DNA of 64,000 bases, taken from positions 1,426,001 to 1,490,000 of the forward strand of contig JAKIMF020000001.1 in NCBI GenBank assembly GCA_022605425.2, read 5' to 3'. The stretch is from Hamiltosporidium tvaerminnensis FI-OER-3-3 (taxonomy: Eukaryota > Fungi > Microsporidia). Below are positions 11,031-22,934 of the stretch, piece by piece. Position 1 is the first letter of the stretch, and the number at the start of each line of letters is the position of its first letter. The notes beneath the pieces were generated by a model that saw only the letters and a list, made by a program, of their open reading frames with translations, searched no databases and had not been told where the DNA came from. Both the position numbers and the translations under genes were made by a program.

Positions 11031-11721
11031 ACATAACAATCTTTTTTTCTTAATTTTATAACCTTGAAGCGCGAAATGTACAATTTTTGTTTAATAAATT
11101 TTTTAGTCGAGCCTCTTCGAATTTCATTCGGTATATTTGTTCTTAAAACCTATATTTAATTGAATTAAATTTTATTAAGGTAAATATACTTTGTCTGTAT
11201 ATTCCACCCTATGGTTTGCGGCTCTTCGTGTTGATATGACTTTTATTTTTTTAAACCAATTATAATTCTATAGAATTTATAAATTTACTACTGTAAATTG
11301 TTTTGTTTTCTATTTCTCAAACGGTTTCTCGCATGATTAAGCATTCACAGACACAATAATCTAGACAATTTTTTTATATATTTTAGAACCACAAAGAAAC
11401 CATATAATTCAACTAAATAACACAGAACCCAGAAAGAGATAAATTCCCTCAATTTTCTTTGTTGATATCTACAATCCTTTCTGGCTGTGTTTTATCTTCT
11501 TTTGAGCGATTTTGCTTTGTAAAAATATTAAAAATGTAAAGCAATATAAAATGAGCGAACATTTGAAATAATCATACCTTGACATATTAACTTCATTTCT
11601 AGCATTTTATTTGCTTGAAGTATAAGCTTAATTCCCTTTGGATATTTTAGAATTGAAAAAAAAGAATCTTTGCAAGTAATTAATTAGTAAAAAAAATTAA
11701 ATACGACCTTAGATCATTCAA

Positions 11722-14700
11722 TTTTTTATTTAATAAAATTCTGGGTTAACAAATTTTCTCTCGTTTAACTAATTTCTTCCATCACTTTAACCACTTTATT
11801 CTCTTTTTCTACATCCGACTTATCATTAATGTCTATCTTCGGTTCCTCTGGTCTGGTTACGTCATCTAAAATAAGGGGTAAAATATTTTTTTGAATTTAC
11901 TTGTTTAACACTATCTTCCTCGTTCTTCACTTCTTTTAAGGGGGGTGTTGGCTGTTTATGCATCTCAGCTCCTATAATAACACTTAATGACGCTCTCTCC
12001 CAGCTCTCTTCGGCACTTGGTCCTGACTCAATTCCTCTTCGTCGATCGAAGGAAATCATTTCGACTGTTTTCTTAAGTACTATGGACTGAATGTATGCCT
12101 CTACATTTATGGGTATTTGTAATCTTTTAAGATAAGTCTTATGGTATTTTGTCACAATACCGTCCCATGTTATCACATAAGGAATTATCTCTACACTACA
12201 TTTGTAAATAAGACCCAGCTCATTTGCTAATAGGTCATACTTCCTAAGTTTCTCTGTTTCAACTATTTGAAGTGAGTCTTGGGAGGTGATTCCTACTTCA
12301 ATGAGGGTAATCTTATTTCGTCTCTTGTCTAAAACGAATATATCTGGCCTATTATTTCGAATTTTGACATCAGTTTTTATTCTGGTGTCCACTCTTATCT
12401 CTGCATACTCATTATCAAGAATTTCTTGAACTGAGTGGCTTCTAATTCGTTTTGAAGACTTGAATTTATATTTATTTAACAAGAGCAAATGTATACATCG
12501 TACCACTTCATTGTGTCGTCTAGTATAGTCATGACCAAGCATTTTTTCACATCTCGTTGCTAAATGGTCTACTGTTTTTCTAGACGTGTTGCAGTGTTGA
12601 CACACACCTTCTGCTCCCCAAAATACGTTTCTATCCTGGATATAGCAGAACACTGCTTCATCACGCGGTCTTACACTTCCTTTCTTTAACCATCTTGAGG
12701 AGTCATTTACGCTTACTAGCTCGTTGTTTCTAGCATTATATAACTTTGAATGTAGTTTTCGTTTTTCTATTTCGTTATATAAGTTAGCTAGTTGAGCTTC
12801 ATCTAATTTATTTTTAGTGACCTCCTCTGCCATCCCGTATTTTACTTGTAAAAAGTCTTTTATTAGTGCAAGATGGGTTTTATTATCATTCTCCACCTTA
12901 AGGATTGCTGCTCTTCTGGTCGATGTTTCTTTAGATTTTTCCAGACAATCCAAGAGTTGCAAAAGCATATGTTCGCTTTTGAACTCAACACTATGAAGAC
13001 CTCTCCCAAGTTCTGTTCTGGGAAGGTACAGACGCTCTTTACATCCTGGGCGAAGATGTATCTTGTTCTTTATTAAAACTGCACGTACTGCGTCATCCAA
13101 CTTTGAGAAGTCGCCAGGTTCAAGTCGATGTACACCTATATGATAGTTTATTAGAGATATCGCATGTTGATTGATAGCTTGAAATAAATTTCTTGCATTC
13201 AATCTCGTGCGGAAAAGTCTCTCTACCCTCGCTATCAGTTTGGTTTGTACTTCCTCAAACGACTTACGTGTTGGAATTCCTCTGCTATCTTCTATTATTC
13301 CGAGGTATTTGTAAACACCTATTCCTTCAAGAAGAGTAGCAGTATTCTCACAACACGAATCATTTGTGGCCGACTTCTCTCTGTTTATTTCTAATCCTAT
13401 ATTTTTCATAAACATTTTTACTTCCTCCGTCATCTTTTCAAGCGTTGTTCCATCTTTGGCAAGGAGCTTAAGATCATCAATGAACAAGAGATGATTGGTA
13501 GAGTGGGATGCATCCTCCGTTTGTATTGTCACCTTTGCGTATTCTTCATTGAGTTTACGGCTCAATGGATCCATACACAGCACAAACAATAAGGGTGACA
13601 AACTATCTCCCTGTAGAATCCCCTTATCAATCTTCTTGTTCATAATTTTTTCAGACCCTACCGAAATATCAATTTTCCATTTTGATATTGTTACCTTAAT
13701 AAATTTCAGGATCCAATCAGGTAAATTAAGGTTTTCGATGACTTGTGTCAAATAAGCATGATCTATTGAATCATACGCCTTTTTGACATCAATCCACGTT
13801 GCCTTAAGATTGTTTCCATACTCTTTATTAATAGCAACATTTAGCAGGGCCTGCTCCTTCGCTCCTTGCACACCTCTCACTGCACCCAATTGATTATCTG
13901 CTAGTAACCCTCGCCTCTCTACCTCAAGCTGAACAACTTTTGTAACACACTTTGTCGTCAGCTTGTAAAGGTTTGACATACAAGTTATTGACCTATAGTC
14001 GGAGCCTTTTTGTGGTACGCTTTTTGGAATGAGATACGTTAGCCCATGATAGAACCAATTAGCTTGTGGTGTTCCTTCAAAACATATGGCTTTCACAATA
14101 TCATAAAGATACTTGTGAAGAGTCGTAAGTTTCTTGATATAAAAATTGTAGATCCCATCAATTCCGGCGGCTTTCCAGTTAGGAAGCCAATTGATAATAT
14201 CTACAAATTCATCAAGTGAAGGAAACGTGGCCTGGTGAGTATCCGGCACGAAAGGTATCAGATACTCATCATACGTAACTATTTCATTATTTTTGTTCCA
14301 CATTGTGGACCAAAAACTTACAATTTCGTCACGATTAACCACATGCTCGGATTCCACACGCTCAGACAGGCCACGATAATATCTACCTCGGAACAACTCA
14401 AACATACGATTCTCTTTTCGGAATTGCTTCCTACTTTCGTACATCGTAAGTTTTTTTTCGTAAACAGTTATCAGCTCATTCTTCTTAACTACAGCCTCCG
14501 ATAGATCATTTGTTTTGTTTAGGTCTAAATTAAACTCTCGCATAATTTTTTTAAGACTTTTAGTTTGAGAAGAGGAGAGTTCTTCCCGTCTACGTGCTTT
14601 CTCGAGGATATCTTTTGAAAGTTTTAACACTGAAATTTTACTCTCAATGCTTTCTTTCCACGCTGATCTTGGCCTCTCTTTACGTGTTTCATCGTCATAA

Positions 14701-15524
14701 CATACCTGTGCTGTCTGGATAATTCGGGCAACGTCTGTTATCGTCATAGGTACATGAGAGTCAGCATATTCACCGACTATTCGATTAATAAGATCAAGAA
14801 CTGTAGTGTCAACCAATTCATTTGGAAGCTTTCGAGTTCGGACTACTACTTTTCCGATTTCCTCCTCAGATATTTTTTTGATATTACTCAAGTATTTTTC
14901 TCTCAGGCTTATAAATCGAGTAGCATCGGTCAAGGAACATGGCTCGGCGAGACAAGTGGCGATTCGACGTCGCTCTCCATTCTCTTCCTGCCTAATTTCC
15001 TCTTCCGTCTTATTGTGTGCCATTCTTTTTAGCACATCGATAGTTTCGGTACAGGAGAACTTCTCATTATAGTAGCTCTGTATCTCTTTCCATCCATTTC
15101 TAGGCATTCGGTCAAACCTTGTTTGTACTGCAAAAAGAACACATCGAATAAATTCTTGACGCTCGGCCTCTATAGATCTGAGTATGGATCGGAGTACAAC
15201 GAGCCTTTCGGAAATAGGTATGGTACAAAGGTTTGGCCAACTAGCAGCTATATCTGGCCTAGGGGTCACGGTGCTTGAATGCATAGGGTTAGATGGCGAG
15301 GGTATGGTGTTAAGCAAGCATACCTTTGTGTTTGTGTTTGCTTCGCTTGGTGGTATAGAAATGTTATTTATGATGGTGGATGGTGTGTATGAGCTTGGCT
15401 GTGGAATTCCCTGTTCGTTTTTACACTCTCTAATTACCTCATCCATTTCACTTGCCCTGTTTGCAGCCTTTATTATTTTTTCTTCTTGTTTTTCGCTGCC
15501 TACATATTTTCTTATACCCAAATA
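11722..15524 (-). mobile_element. Near-intact R4/Dong-like non-LTR retrotransposon (RT plus restriction-like endonuclease), flanked by 14-bp TSD
   Basis: Identical CTTAGATCATTCAA at 11708-11721 and 15525-15538; 3' end reads ...TTATTAAATAAAAAA; single long ORF. Confidence 0.93.
11862..15521 (-). CDS. Retrotransposon polyprotein: reverse transcriptase, CCHC knuckle, RLE endonuclease
   Basis: WKAAGIDG, WIDVKKAYDS, GILQGDSLSP, HLLFIDDLKL, YKYLG, CQHC..DHLATRC, RRHNEVVR, RPDIFV..LIEVG..EKLRKY. The listed start codon is TTG, not ATG. Confidence 0.93.
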   Translation of the reverse strand: MGIRKYVGSEKQEEKIIKAANRASEMDEVIRECKNEQGIPQPSSYTPSTIINNISIPPSEANTNTKVCLLNTIPSPSNPMHSSTVTPRPDIAASWPNLCTIPISERLVVLRSILRSIEAERQEFIRCVLFAVQTRFDRMPRNGWKEIQSYYNEKFSCTETIDVLKRMAHNKTEEEIRQEENGERRRIATCLAEPCSLTDATRFISLREKYLSNIKKISEEEIGKVVVRTRKLPNELVDTTVLDLINRIVGEYADSHVPMTITDVARIIQTAQVCYDDETRKERPRSAWKESIESKISVLKLSKDILEKARRREELSSSQTKSLKKIMREFNLDLNKTNDLSEAVVKKNELITVYEKKLTMYESRKQFRKENRMFELFRGRYYRGLSERVESEHVVNRDEIVSFWSTMWNKNNEIVTYDEYLIPFVPDTHQATFPSLDEFVDIINWLPNWKAAGIDGIYNFYIKKLTTLHKYLYDIVKAICFEGTPQANWFYHGLTYLIPKSVPQKGSDYRSITCMSNLYKLTTKCVTKVVQLEVERRGLLADNQLGAVRGVQGAKEQALLNVAINKEYGNNLKATWIDVKKAYDSIDHAYLTQVIENLNLPDWILKFIKVTISKWKIDISVGSEKIMNKKIDKGILQGDSLSPLLFVLCMDPLSRKLNEEYAKVTIQTEDASHSTNHLLFIDDLKLLAKDGTTLEKMTEEVKMFMKNIGLEINREKSATNDSCCENTATLLEGIGVYKYLGIIEDSRGIPTRKSFEEVQTKLIARVERLFRTRLNARNLFQAINQHAISLINYHIGVHRLEPGDFSKLDDAVRAVLIKNKIHLRPGCKERLYLPRTELGRGLHSVEFKSEHMLLQLLDCLEKSKETSTRRAAILKVENDNKTHLALIKDFLQVKYGMAEEVTKNKLDEAQLANLYNEIEKRKLHSKLYNARNNELVSVNDSSRWLKKGSVRPRDEAVFCYIQDRNVFWGAEGVCQHCNTSRKTVDHLATRCEKMLGHDYTRRHNEVVRCIHLLLLNKYKFKSSKRIRSHSVQEILDNEYAEIRVDTRIKTDVKIRNNRPDIFVLDKRRNKITLIEVGITSQDSLQIVETEKLRKYDLLANELGLIYKCSVEIIPYVITWDGIVTKYHKTYLKRLQIPINVEAYIQSIVLKKTVEMISFDRRRGIESGPSAEESWERASLSVIIGAEMHKQPTPPLKEVKNEEDSVKQVNSKKYFTPYFR

Positions 15525-15599
15525 CTTAGATCATTCAAAAAATTTATTTTTTTATAAATCAACTGCATAATAAATAAAAAGCGAATTAAGATAAATAAT

Positions 15600-18150
15600 T
15601 TATTCATGAAATTGCAATATATTATAGATTTTTTTTCTAAAGTTACATTGTTAAACAAATGATAAGTTTTTTCGTAATCAATTCCTAAACTATATTGTAT
15701 TAGAAAGTAAGAAGCAAGCGAATTTGTATTTATATCGCTTAAAAGAAACTTAATTTAAATAGCGACAAAAATAGTAAATGAGTAGAAAAAATTATATATT
15801 TGAAAAAAATTCCAAATTTATGAAATTCTATAATTTTTGTCACACATTTGTATGATGTCGTATACATGGCCTTCAATATTTATAGGTTATTCGCGAGAAA
15901 GAGATGTAATATTCTATGCTGCCAAAAGCAAGAAAGAAGTTCATTACGCTTCTGATATCGATGAAACAAAAAAAAATTGTTATTGCGAGATGATAAGAGA
16001 TTCTTCTGACAAAGCTTGCGAACTTAATTATACAGAACATTTATTCTCTAGAAATAAAGAAATTGAAATATCGAGTTTAAGATAAGCGACATTGACAATT
16101 TTGGTTTGAAATTTGAGATATTAGATAAATTGAACGTTCAAAATTCGAATCAAGAGATATTTCTTTGTAATCATATAAAAGCGCTAGAGTTTGAATTATT
16201 CTATAGTTTTCTAATTTTCTTCTATATCTCACATGAAAAGATAACAATTGACGGGTTTTATACAATATTATATTTACTCAAGTATTTCAAAGTTCAATGT
16301 GATAATAAATTAAGAGACGTATTAAAAAATATTTTTGTTTCATTATTGCGATCTAATGATATAACAAATCTTGATGTTACCAAAATATTGTTTGATTTGT
16401 CAAAAAAAGAAATATTTTCCCATGAATTCTTTAAAAAAATAGCAGAAGAATTTTTTAATTTGTTTATACCTGCTATAGATTACGTTTCATCTTTGTACTT
16501 AAAAGAACAAGATTTTTTACTCCAAGAAAAATATTATCCGTTGTATACTGATAATAGGAGGTATATTATGAGGCTAAATAGGAATTTTTTCTTACTTGTT
16601 GCACAAATAATAAACGCAAATATAAAAGTGAGAATATTCTAATTCTTTTACTAAATACTTTTGATTTAAAATACCTACATATTCAAGAATTAGAATATAA
16701 AAATTTGAAAACTTTGTATTTTTTTTAAAGAACCTGAAAAAGCCAATTGATGAAATAATATTTTATAAAATTCCTATCCAGGACCAACTTATTATATCGC
16801 TTAATATAAATTCAAATTTCGCTAGTATGAAAAGAATAATTTTTCTAGAATCTATGAAAGAAACCAATATGAAATTTTCATATAATTTACTTGCTGTTAA
16901 TGAAATTATATTTTATGATCAATTTTATATATATCAAGAAGATAAAATTGTAGAAAGCCTGATATTGAAGGAGCTAACAATATAAAAGATACCATAATAT
17001 ATTCGCAAAATGAAAAAAAATAGTCAAAGAGAAATTTTAATTTGCAAAAAAAAATATATTCAAACAAAGAATAAAGAAAAATCATGAAAAAATATACAGC
17101 AAACTTTTTAATCAAAATTTTTCAGCAGAAAAAATACAATTCTTTAAATTTATGACATAAAAATTTATTCCGTGGGAAATCGATTGTTCTGTTGGACTTA
17201 ATAGTAATTTTTACAATATTTAAATCAAATTAGAAAATTTAGACTTAGAAAATTTCAAAATAAAAGATAATAAACTTGGAAAAAATATTAGAAAAATTTT
17301 CATTAGATATTCGAGGATATATCATAATTTTTTAACTGATATTTTCAGTTTGAACAATATTAATACCTTAGAAATTGTTAATTCTGATATTATTGTGAGG
17401 AATGAACTGGAATATAAAAACGAATTTATCAAAAATTTTACATTTTATGCAAAAAACGAGAAAAATCTATATATTTTTATAAATTGATAAATTCAATGAT
17501 AAATATAAAAGAAGTATATTTTGGTTTTCCTGACCAGACCAGCATAAGATTATTCGAAAACTCAAATTTGATTATTAATTAAATTAATGTATCAAAGATT
17601 TGTTTTTGTAAAAAATATATAGAATTTTCAAAATAAAATTGCTTTTAAATTTTATACCAAGCGTAAATTTTTACATAAGTGCTAAATGTGATCCTGGTTC
17701 TTTGAAATATTTATGTTTGAATGGTAAAATTTGCGAAGTAAAGAACCTAAGCCTAACGTATTTCTCTTTGATAAATTGGATATGCAAGCTTTAATTTTTT
17801 TTTTGATTTGGAAGTACTGATTCTAAGTCATATAAATATGATAAACATTCATATAGCAAATTTATTTTGTGATTCCGAAGAGTACAACGTAGAACTGTTA
17901 TACTTCAAATATCTCAATATTTCGGAACTTGAATTGAAATTTATTTCAAAATTGAAAAACTATAATACATATCATTTGATAGCTGCCGAATTCCACAAAA
18001 AGCATCTCTATATTTTAACATAGGTATTTCAAGCAAGGTTTTATTGAGTATTTATCCCGGCGAAAACTATTTAGATGCAGTATTTGCCAATAATATAAAA
18101 GAAATATTTCTATCAAAGAAAATTATTATTGAATATTTGTGTTGATTTCT
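15600..18150 (+). pseudogene. Decayed member of an LRR-like microsporidian multigene family
   Basis: Collinear broken ORFs (15837, 16106, 17808) with LxxLxL patterns (LENLDLENFKI, LEVLILSHI, LELKFISKLKN) interrupted by many stops and frameshifts. Confidence 0.6.
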
Positions 18151-18719
18151 AACAAATAAAATTTTATTCTGTTTTAATCTATTATTTGTTTTATATAACA
18201 CAATACTATTACGATTCTAGGCTATTTTATTTTTTTGCGTAATCTAAGAGAAATACATTAAGCTATGTACGGATCTTTAAATTTCTCAAATATACAGAGC
18301 GAATAAAGAAGTCCTCCCAAAATCCGGCACTATAAAATTTTCAATGAAATGATTTTAACTTGCATATAAAGCGAAATATTTTCAAGATAACCTTTTACAG
18401 ACAATAGATATAAGAAACACTTGATCAACTGAATTATTTTCAGTAGTAATTTCTCAGAAATGTCTGTAAATTTTATCAATTTTTTCATGGCATAAATTAT
18501 CGGTATATTCAGTTGTATTGGATAAATTTAATTTTGCCATAAGTGTTTGAGAATCGTACAATATTACCGTATTTTTTTGAAAGGCAGCTAATTTAAAGTA
18601 CGTCTCTACCAAGAAGCTAGCTTTTCTGTTTAACTCCTCTTTGTATTATCAAATTAATTGTCTGTATAAATAAGAAATTATATTTTTCCATTCTGATACT
18701 ACATTTTAAGTTTAAAAAT

Positions 18720-19142
18720 TTAAATCATTAAATTCCGGTGGAAAAACATTTTCACAAATTTATACACATTCTTCTGCCTTTTTAACACCATTTTTTTTTC
18801 TCCTAAATTCGAATATTTTTTTATGTTTATCGTCCATTCCTGTAATGTGGTTCCTCCATCTGAAATATGGCGCATATTATTTTTGTTTAAATTTTTTTGC
18901 ACCATCTTACCCGTTTCTCGCCTGTTTTAAAGATTTTTTGGTGCCTCGAGCATCTCGGCTCTCTTAATAACACCCATTGACGCTCTTTCCCAGCTTTCTT
19001 CGGCATTTTGTCTCAACTCAAGTCTTCTTAGTCCACAAAAGAAATTGTTCGGGCTGTCTTATTGAGTATTTTCATTGAATTTATGTCTCTACATTCATGG
19101 GCATTCGTAGTCTTTTGAAGTATGACTTATGGTATTTTGTCC
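18720..19142 (-). mobile_element. Decayed 3' fragment of R4-like element
   Basis: CACCCATTGACGCTCTTTCCCAGCTTTCTTCGGCATTT and CTCTACATTCATGGG..GGTATTTTGTC match the RLE C-terminal region of the other copies. Confidence 0.85.
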
Positions 19143-21757
19143 AAATATTGTTTCAGAAAAATGGCTTATTAAATATCTACAATATGAAAGTACAAATTTT
19201 GAAAGTAGAAAGGATCCCGAAAAAAATATTAGATTTAGACTATCTTAAACTTATATTATTGGATAAAACCCGAAAATTTAAATCAAGTCTGTGAACGATA
19301 GATAAAATGAAAGGTTTAAATCGAAGATCAAGAACAAAGGCAATGATATTTACACATATGATATGTATAAAACTCTTTGCATCGGGCCTATAAACACAAA
19401 TTTACTTTCCTTGGTTTTTATATTTTTTTTTATTAACTTACAACCATAAATATTTTAATGGCATTAAAAGGTCATCTATGGAAAATAAAAATACCAAATA
19501 GATCGCGATTTCTCACCTAAACATTTCATTCAAATGAAAAGTAACAGCAAAGTTCTGACCAAATATAAATTTTATTTGTCAAACTTGTAGATGGCAATAA
19601 AAGTTTTATACCACTAATGTTTAGTTACAGGTGACGGGGTGAATGCTATCATTGACAAATCAATTAAAAGTAGCAAAATAAATTGTGCAAAAGGCAAAAA
19701 TAATTAAAGAAATATTCATCTTGATGAAAAGCTCAAAAACAAGTCTAAAAAAACAAATTTGATAAAAAAATCATAATTTTGAAAAACCATGCCAATTTGA
19801 AAATTAAAACACGTCAAAAGTCCATACCTTCTGGGATATATTTCATAATTTATTAATCCATCATATTAAAATTTAAGTTTGATATATTGGGGAGATCAGT
19901 AAATCATCCAAGGATATAATAAGTTATCTTGCCTACTTTTTTCATGAAATTTTACATCTAAAAAAAACCTAAAAAGAACTTATTAGAATTCAAAACATGG
20001 CGAAACATATACACATAAATAAAACATCTTTCTTATTCATCTATTTAATAGAGCTTGTTTTCTAGAAGAGATATAAGCCGATTTGAGGACAATTAATTTA
20101 CGATTATTCTTGTTTAAAATATACTATAAAATATCCAATATATGTTCGCTCGCAATTATTCGTTTCAGAAAAAATGGCTTTCTCTTCAGAGGAATTTTAA
20201 GTATGAAAATAGTTAGGCCTAATAGAAATTTGCAAAATATAGCCAACAAATAGTTCAATTAAAGAGCCAGCAGAGAATCTACTATGAAAAGTATAAATCC
20301 TGATTAATAAACTAAATTATGGAAAATAATTATAGGAATAAAAAAATTATGTGATATTATCCGCTAAAATCCATATAAATAACTTTAATTTAAAAGAAGT
20401 AATTTCTTAAGATAAAAAATCCAACTCGATTAGTATTGCTAAATATCATGATAAATATCAGCTTAGTCTGCCTATTGCACTTAATTATGTAGAATAAAAC
20501 CAACAAGAGACTAGAGGACTTTTGATTGAAGCGAAATATATTTTTGCAACTCTTGACTCTTCTAGTGTAAAATAAACGACTATCGAACAAAGGAGAATCA
20601 ATTCTACATTTAAAAATGAAAATAAGACAAAATTTTCATTAAATAAGATTAATATTTATAGCCAAAGTGAAATAGAACTTATATTTACAAGAAAAACAAA
20701 ACGCTTCACTGGAGAACTCATTAAACCAAATAAAAAATTATCTATAAACTTATAAAAACTCAAACTTACGACTCAAGGATTGTGTTTTTCAAAAATTAGC
20801 GTATAAACAGAGCATATATAGACAATGAATATTTTATTTACCGAATTAAGAATAAATACCAGCATTAGAAAGGAAGTTCTATTATCTAGGCAGTCAGAAA
20901 AGATTGAATACAATTTGCCAACGATGATAAAAATGCTCTACATGAATCTAACAAGTGTTGCACTCAAAAACTTTGTAGTTGTATTGAAAATTCATAAAAA
21001 ACACAATTTAAGGTAAAAACCATTTGAGTTTTTCTGTTTAGTACAATTTCGAAATGAATTATTAAAGAATAAGATGAATACAACTACAAAAACTCATCTC
21101 GAATTCCAAGAATATATTCGAAATATTTATGTGGATAAAAGATTGCTTAACCATATATTAAAGAGCATATATTTTTTATCTTCGAAAATATACCTAAAAT
21201 TTCCGAAACCGAAAAAAAGTAAAAAAAAAACGATTTATTAGTCCAAAATTTAGTTTTTATTGTATATAATATCAGATAAACCAGTATGAGGTGCATTGTA
21301 ATTATATTGCAGCCAAATACCATAATATTTATTATTATTCACAAAATACTGTAGGATTAGAGTTGGGTATCCTATCGACAATATTAAAAAAGACATTCGA
21401 AATTGTTTCTTCAGGACATGAAGAAAACAAGAGTGAAGGAAAAATATACAAGAAAATTAGATAAGTACATAAAAGCATTTAAATTAGAAGAAGAAGACAA
21501 GAATACCTCATAAAAATATTATCTTTACACAAAAACGAGGAAAAGGGTGTCAAGCAAACATTAGTCAAAATTATTCAAATTCAAATTCTGATGAAAAGAT
21601 GAAAATCAATGCCCATTTAAAATTAAGAAATAAATTGGTTGAAAACATGGAAGAATATAGAATAAAGAAAGGTAACATATCTAGAAAGACAATCTTGTTT
21701 CAAAAAACTTTATTATTTGGGTGATAAAATACGTATCCATAAACCACGATACCTTTA

Positions 21758-22273
21758 TTATTCGAATTGTTTTAGCATATATTCAATAGCATTATCAATA
21801 TTATATCCCTCTTCTTCCTCTTTTTCAGTTAAATTATCTTCTTTAATATCATTTTCCATTAGAGATCTGTAAAGATCGTTACATGGACTTCTAAATATAA
21901 TTTCATCGTGTGTTTCATTGGTGCATCCACTTTCTCCGTTTTCGTTATAAAGTCTTAAAAAATGATTTAAAGAAATTGGTTTTTCATTTATATCAATAAA
22001 AGAAATACGAACATTTATATTGAATTCACCCCATCCTGTTTCTGTCAGAACAAATGGATATTTTGTTTCCACCAGTGGTGTAATAAAAGTATCGTGTAAT
22101 TTATATGTAACCGTACTTATATAATCCAATGGTGTGTCTGTTGGTGATTTAATATATATTGTCCATTTATGAGTGGCTGGTGTATTTTCAAGTTGTTCTT
22201 CGGGTGTTAGCGGTATAGATGATGATACTATTGTTATTTTTCTTGTTAAATTTACATTTTCTACTCTTTTCAT
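21758..22273 (-). CDS. YAF9: YEATS-domain protein (Yaf9/GAS41-like)
   Basis: THKWTIYI, VTYKLHDTF, PFVLTETGWGEF, EKPISLNHFLRLY; C6 motif upstream; AATAAA at stop. Confidence 0.88.
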   Translation of the reverse strand: MKRVENVNLTRKITIVSSSIPLTPEEQLENTPATHKWTIYIKSPTDTPLDYISTVTYKLHDTFITPLVETKYPFVLTETGWGEFNINVRISFIDINEKPISLNHFLRLYNENGESGCTNETHDEIIFRSPCNDLYRSLMENDIKEDNLTEKEEEEGYNIDNAIEYMLKQFE

Positions 22274-22934
22274 TTTTTTTAGGGGGGAGGTTGTATTTGT
22301 AGAATGATTTTTTTAAGATGGTGTTTTTTGAAAATAAAAGCACGAAATAATGGCATCAAGTGATAGATGAATATTTAATTAATATTTGATTTTAATAGGT
22401 TTTCGCAATACGAAACGAAAATTCAAAAAGTAGTATAAGAATATTTAATTAGAATAAAGATTTTAATATGGTTTTTGAGTACGAAAACAGGGATTATAAA
22501 GTAAATGATGAGATGAATAGCTTTATACTTTTTTAAATCAATATATAAAAAATTCTATTAAAAGTATAACGCATGTTCGATAAAATAAATATTTTAGATT
22601 ATTTTTGAACAAAATAGGTTTCAAAAAGTTTTTAGTCCAGAATTTATACCAACTTTTGCAAAAAGTCTTGAGAATTAAGAACCAAAAGCTTTTATGCCAA
22701 CGTACTGCAAACCATTTCTTCAATTTTTATTTAATATTTTTTGATGAAATATTAAAATTTTCATACAGATTTTCAAAAAAAGAAAAATTTATCTTACCAT
22801 TATTTTAAATGATAATATTCAAATAGATTACTAGAATTTTATATGCTTATTCGCGCCACAAAATTTCAGGCGTTCTTAATTTTGCTGGAAGGTTTGTTTT
22901 CTGCTTTCGGCACCACCCAACTGCATGAACAAAC

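Noticed and set aside
11708-11721. rDNA or other sequence-specific target for the R4-like element
   Set aside because: TSD and flanks show no rRNA, tRNA or microsatellite similarity, and the flanks of the other copies differ.
19500-21700. Purine-rich coding-like debris, possibly a decayed LINE or gene (similar at 36050-37500 and 9300-10600)
   Set aside because: No diagnostic motif could be recovered with confidence.
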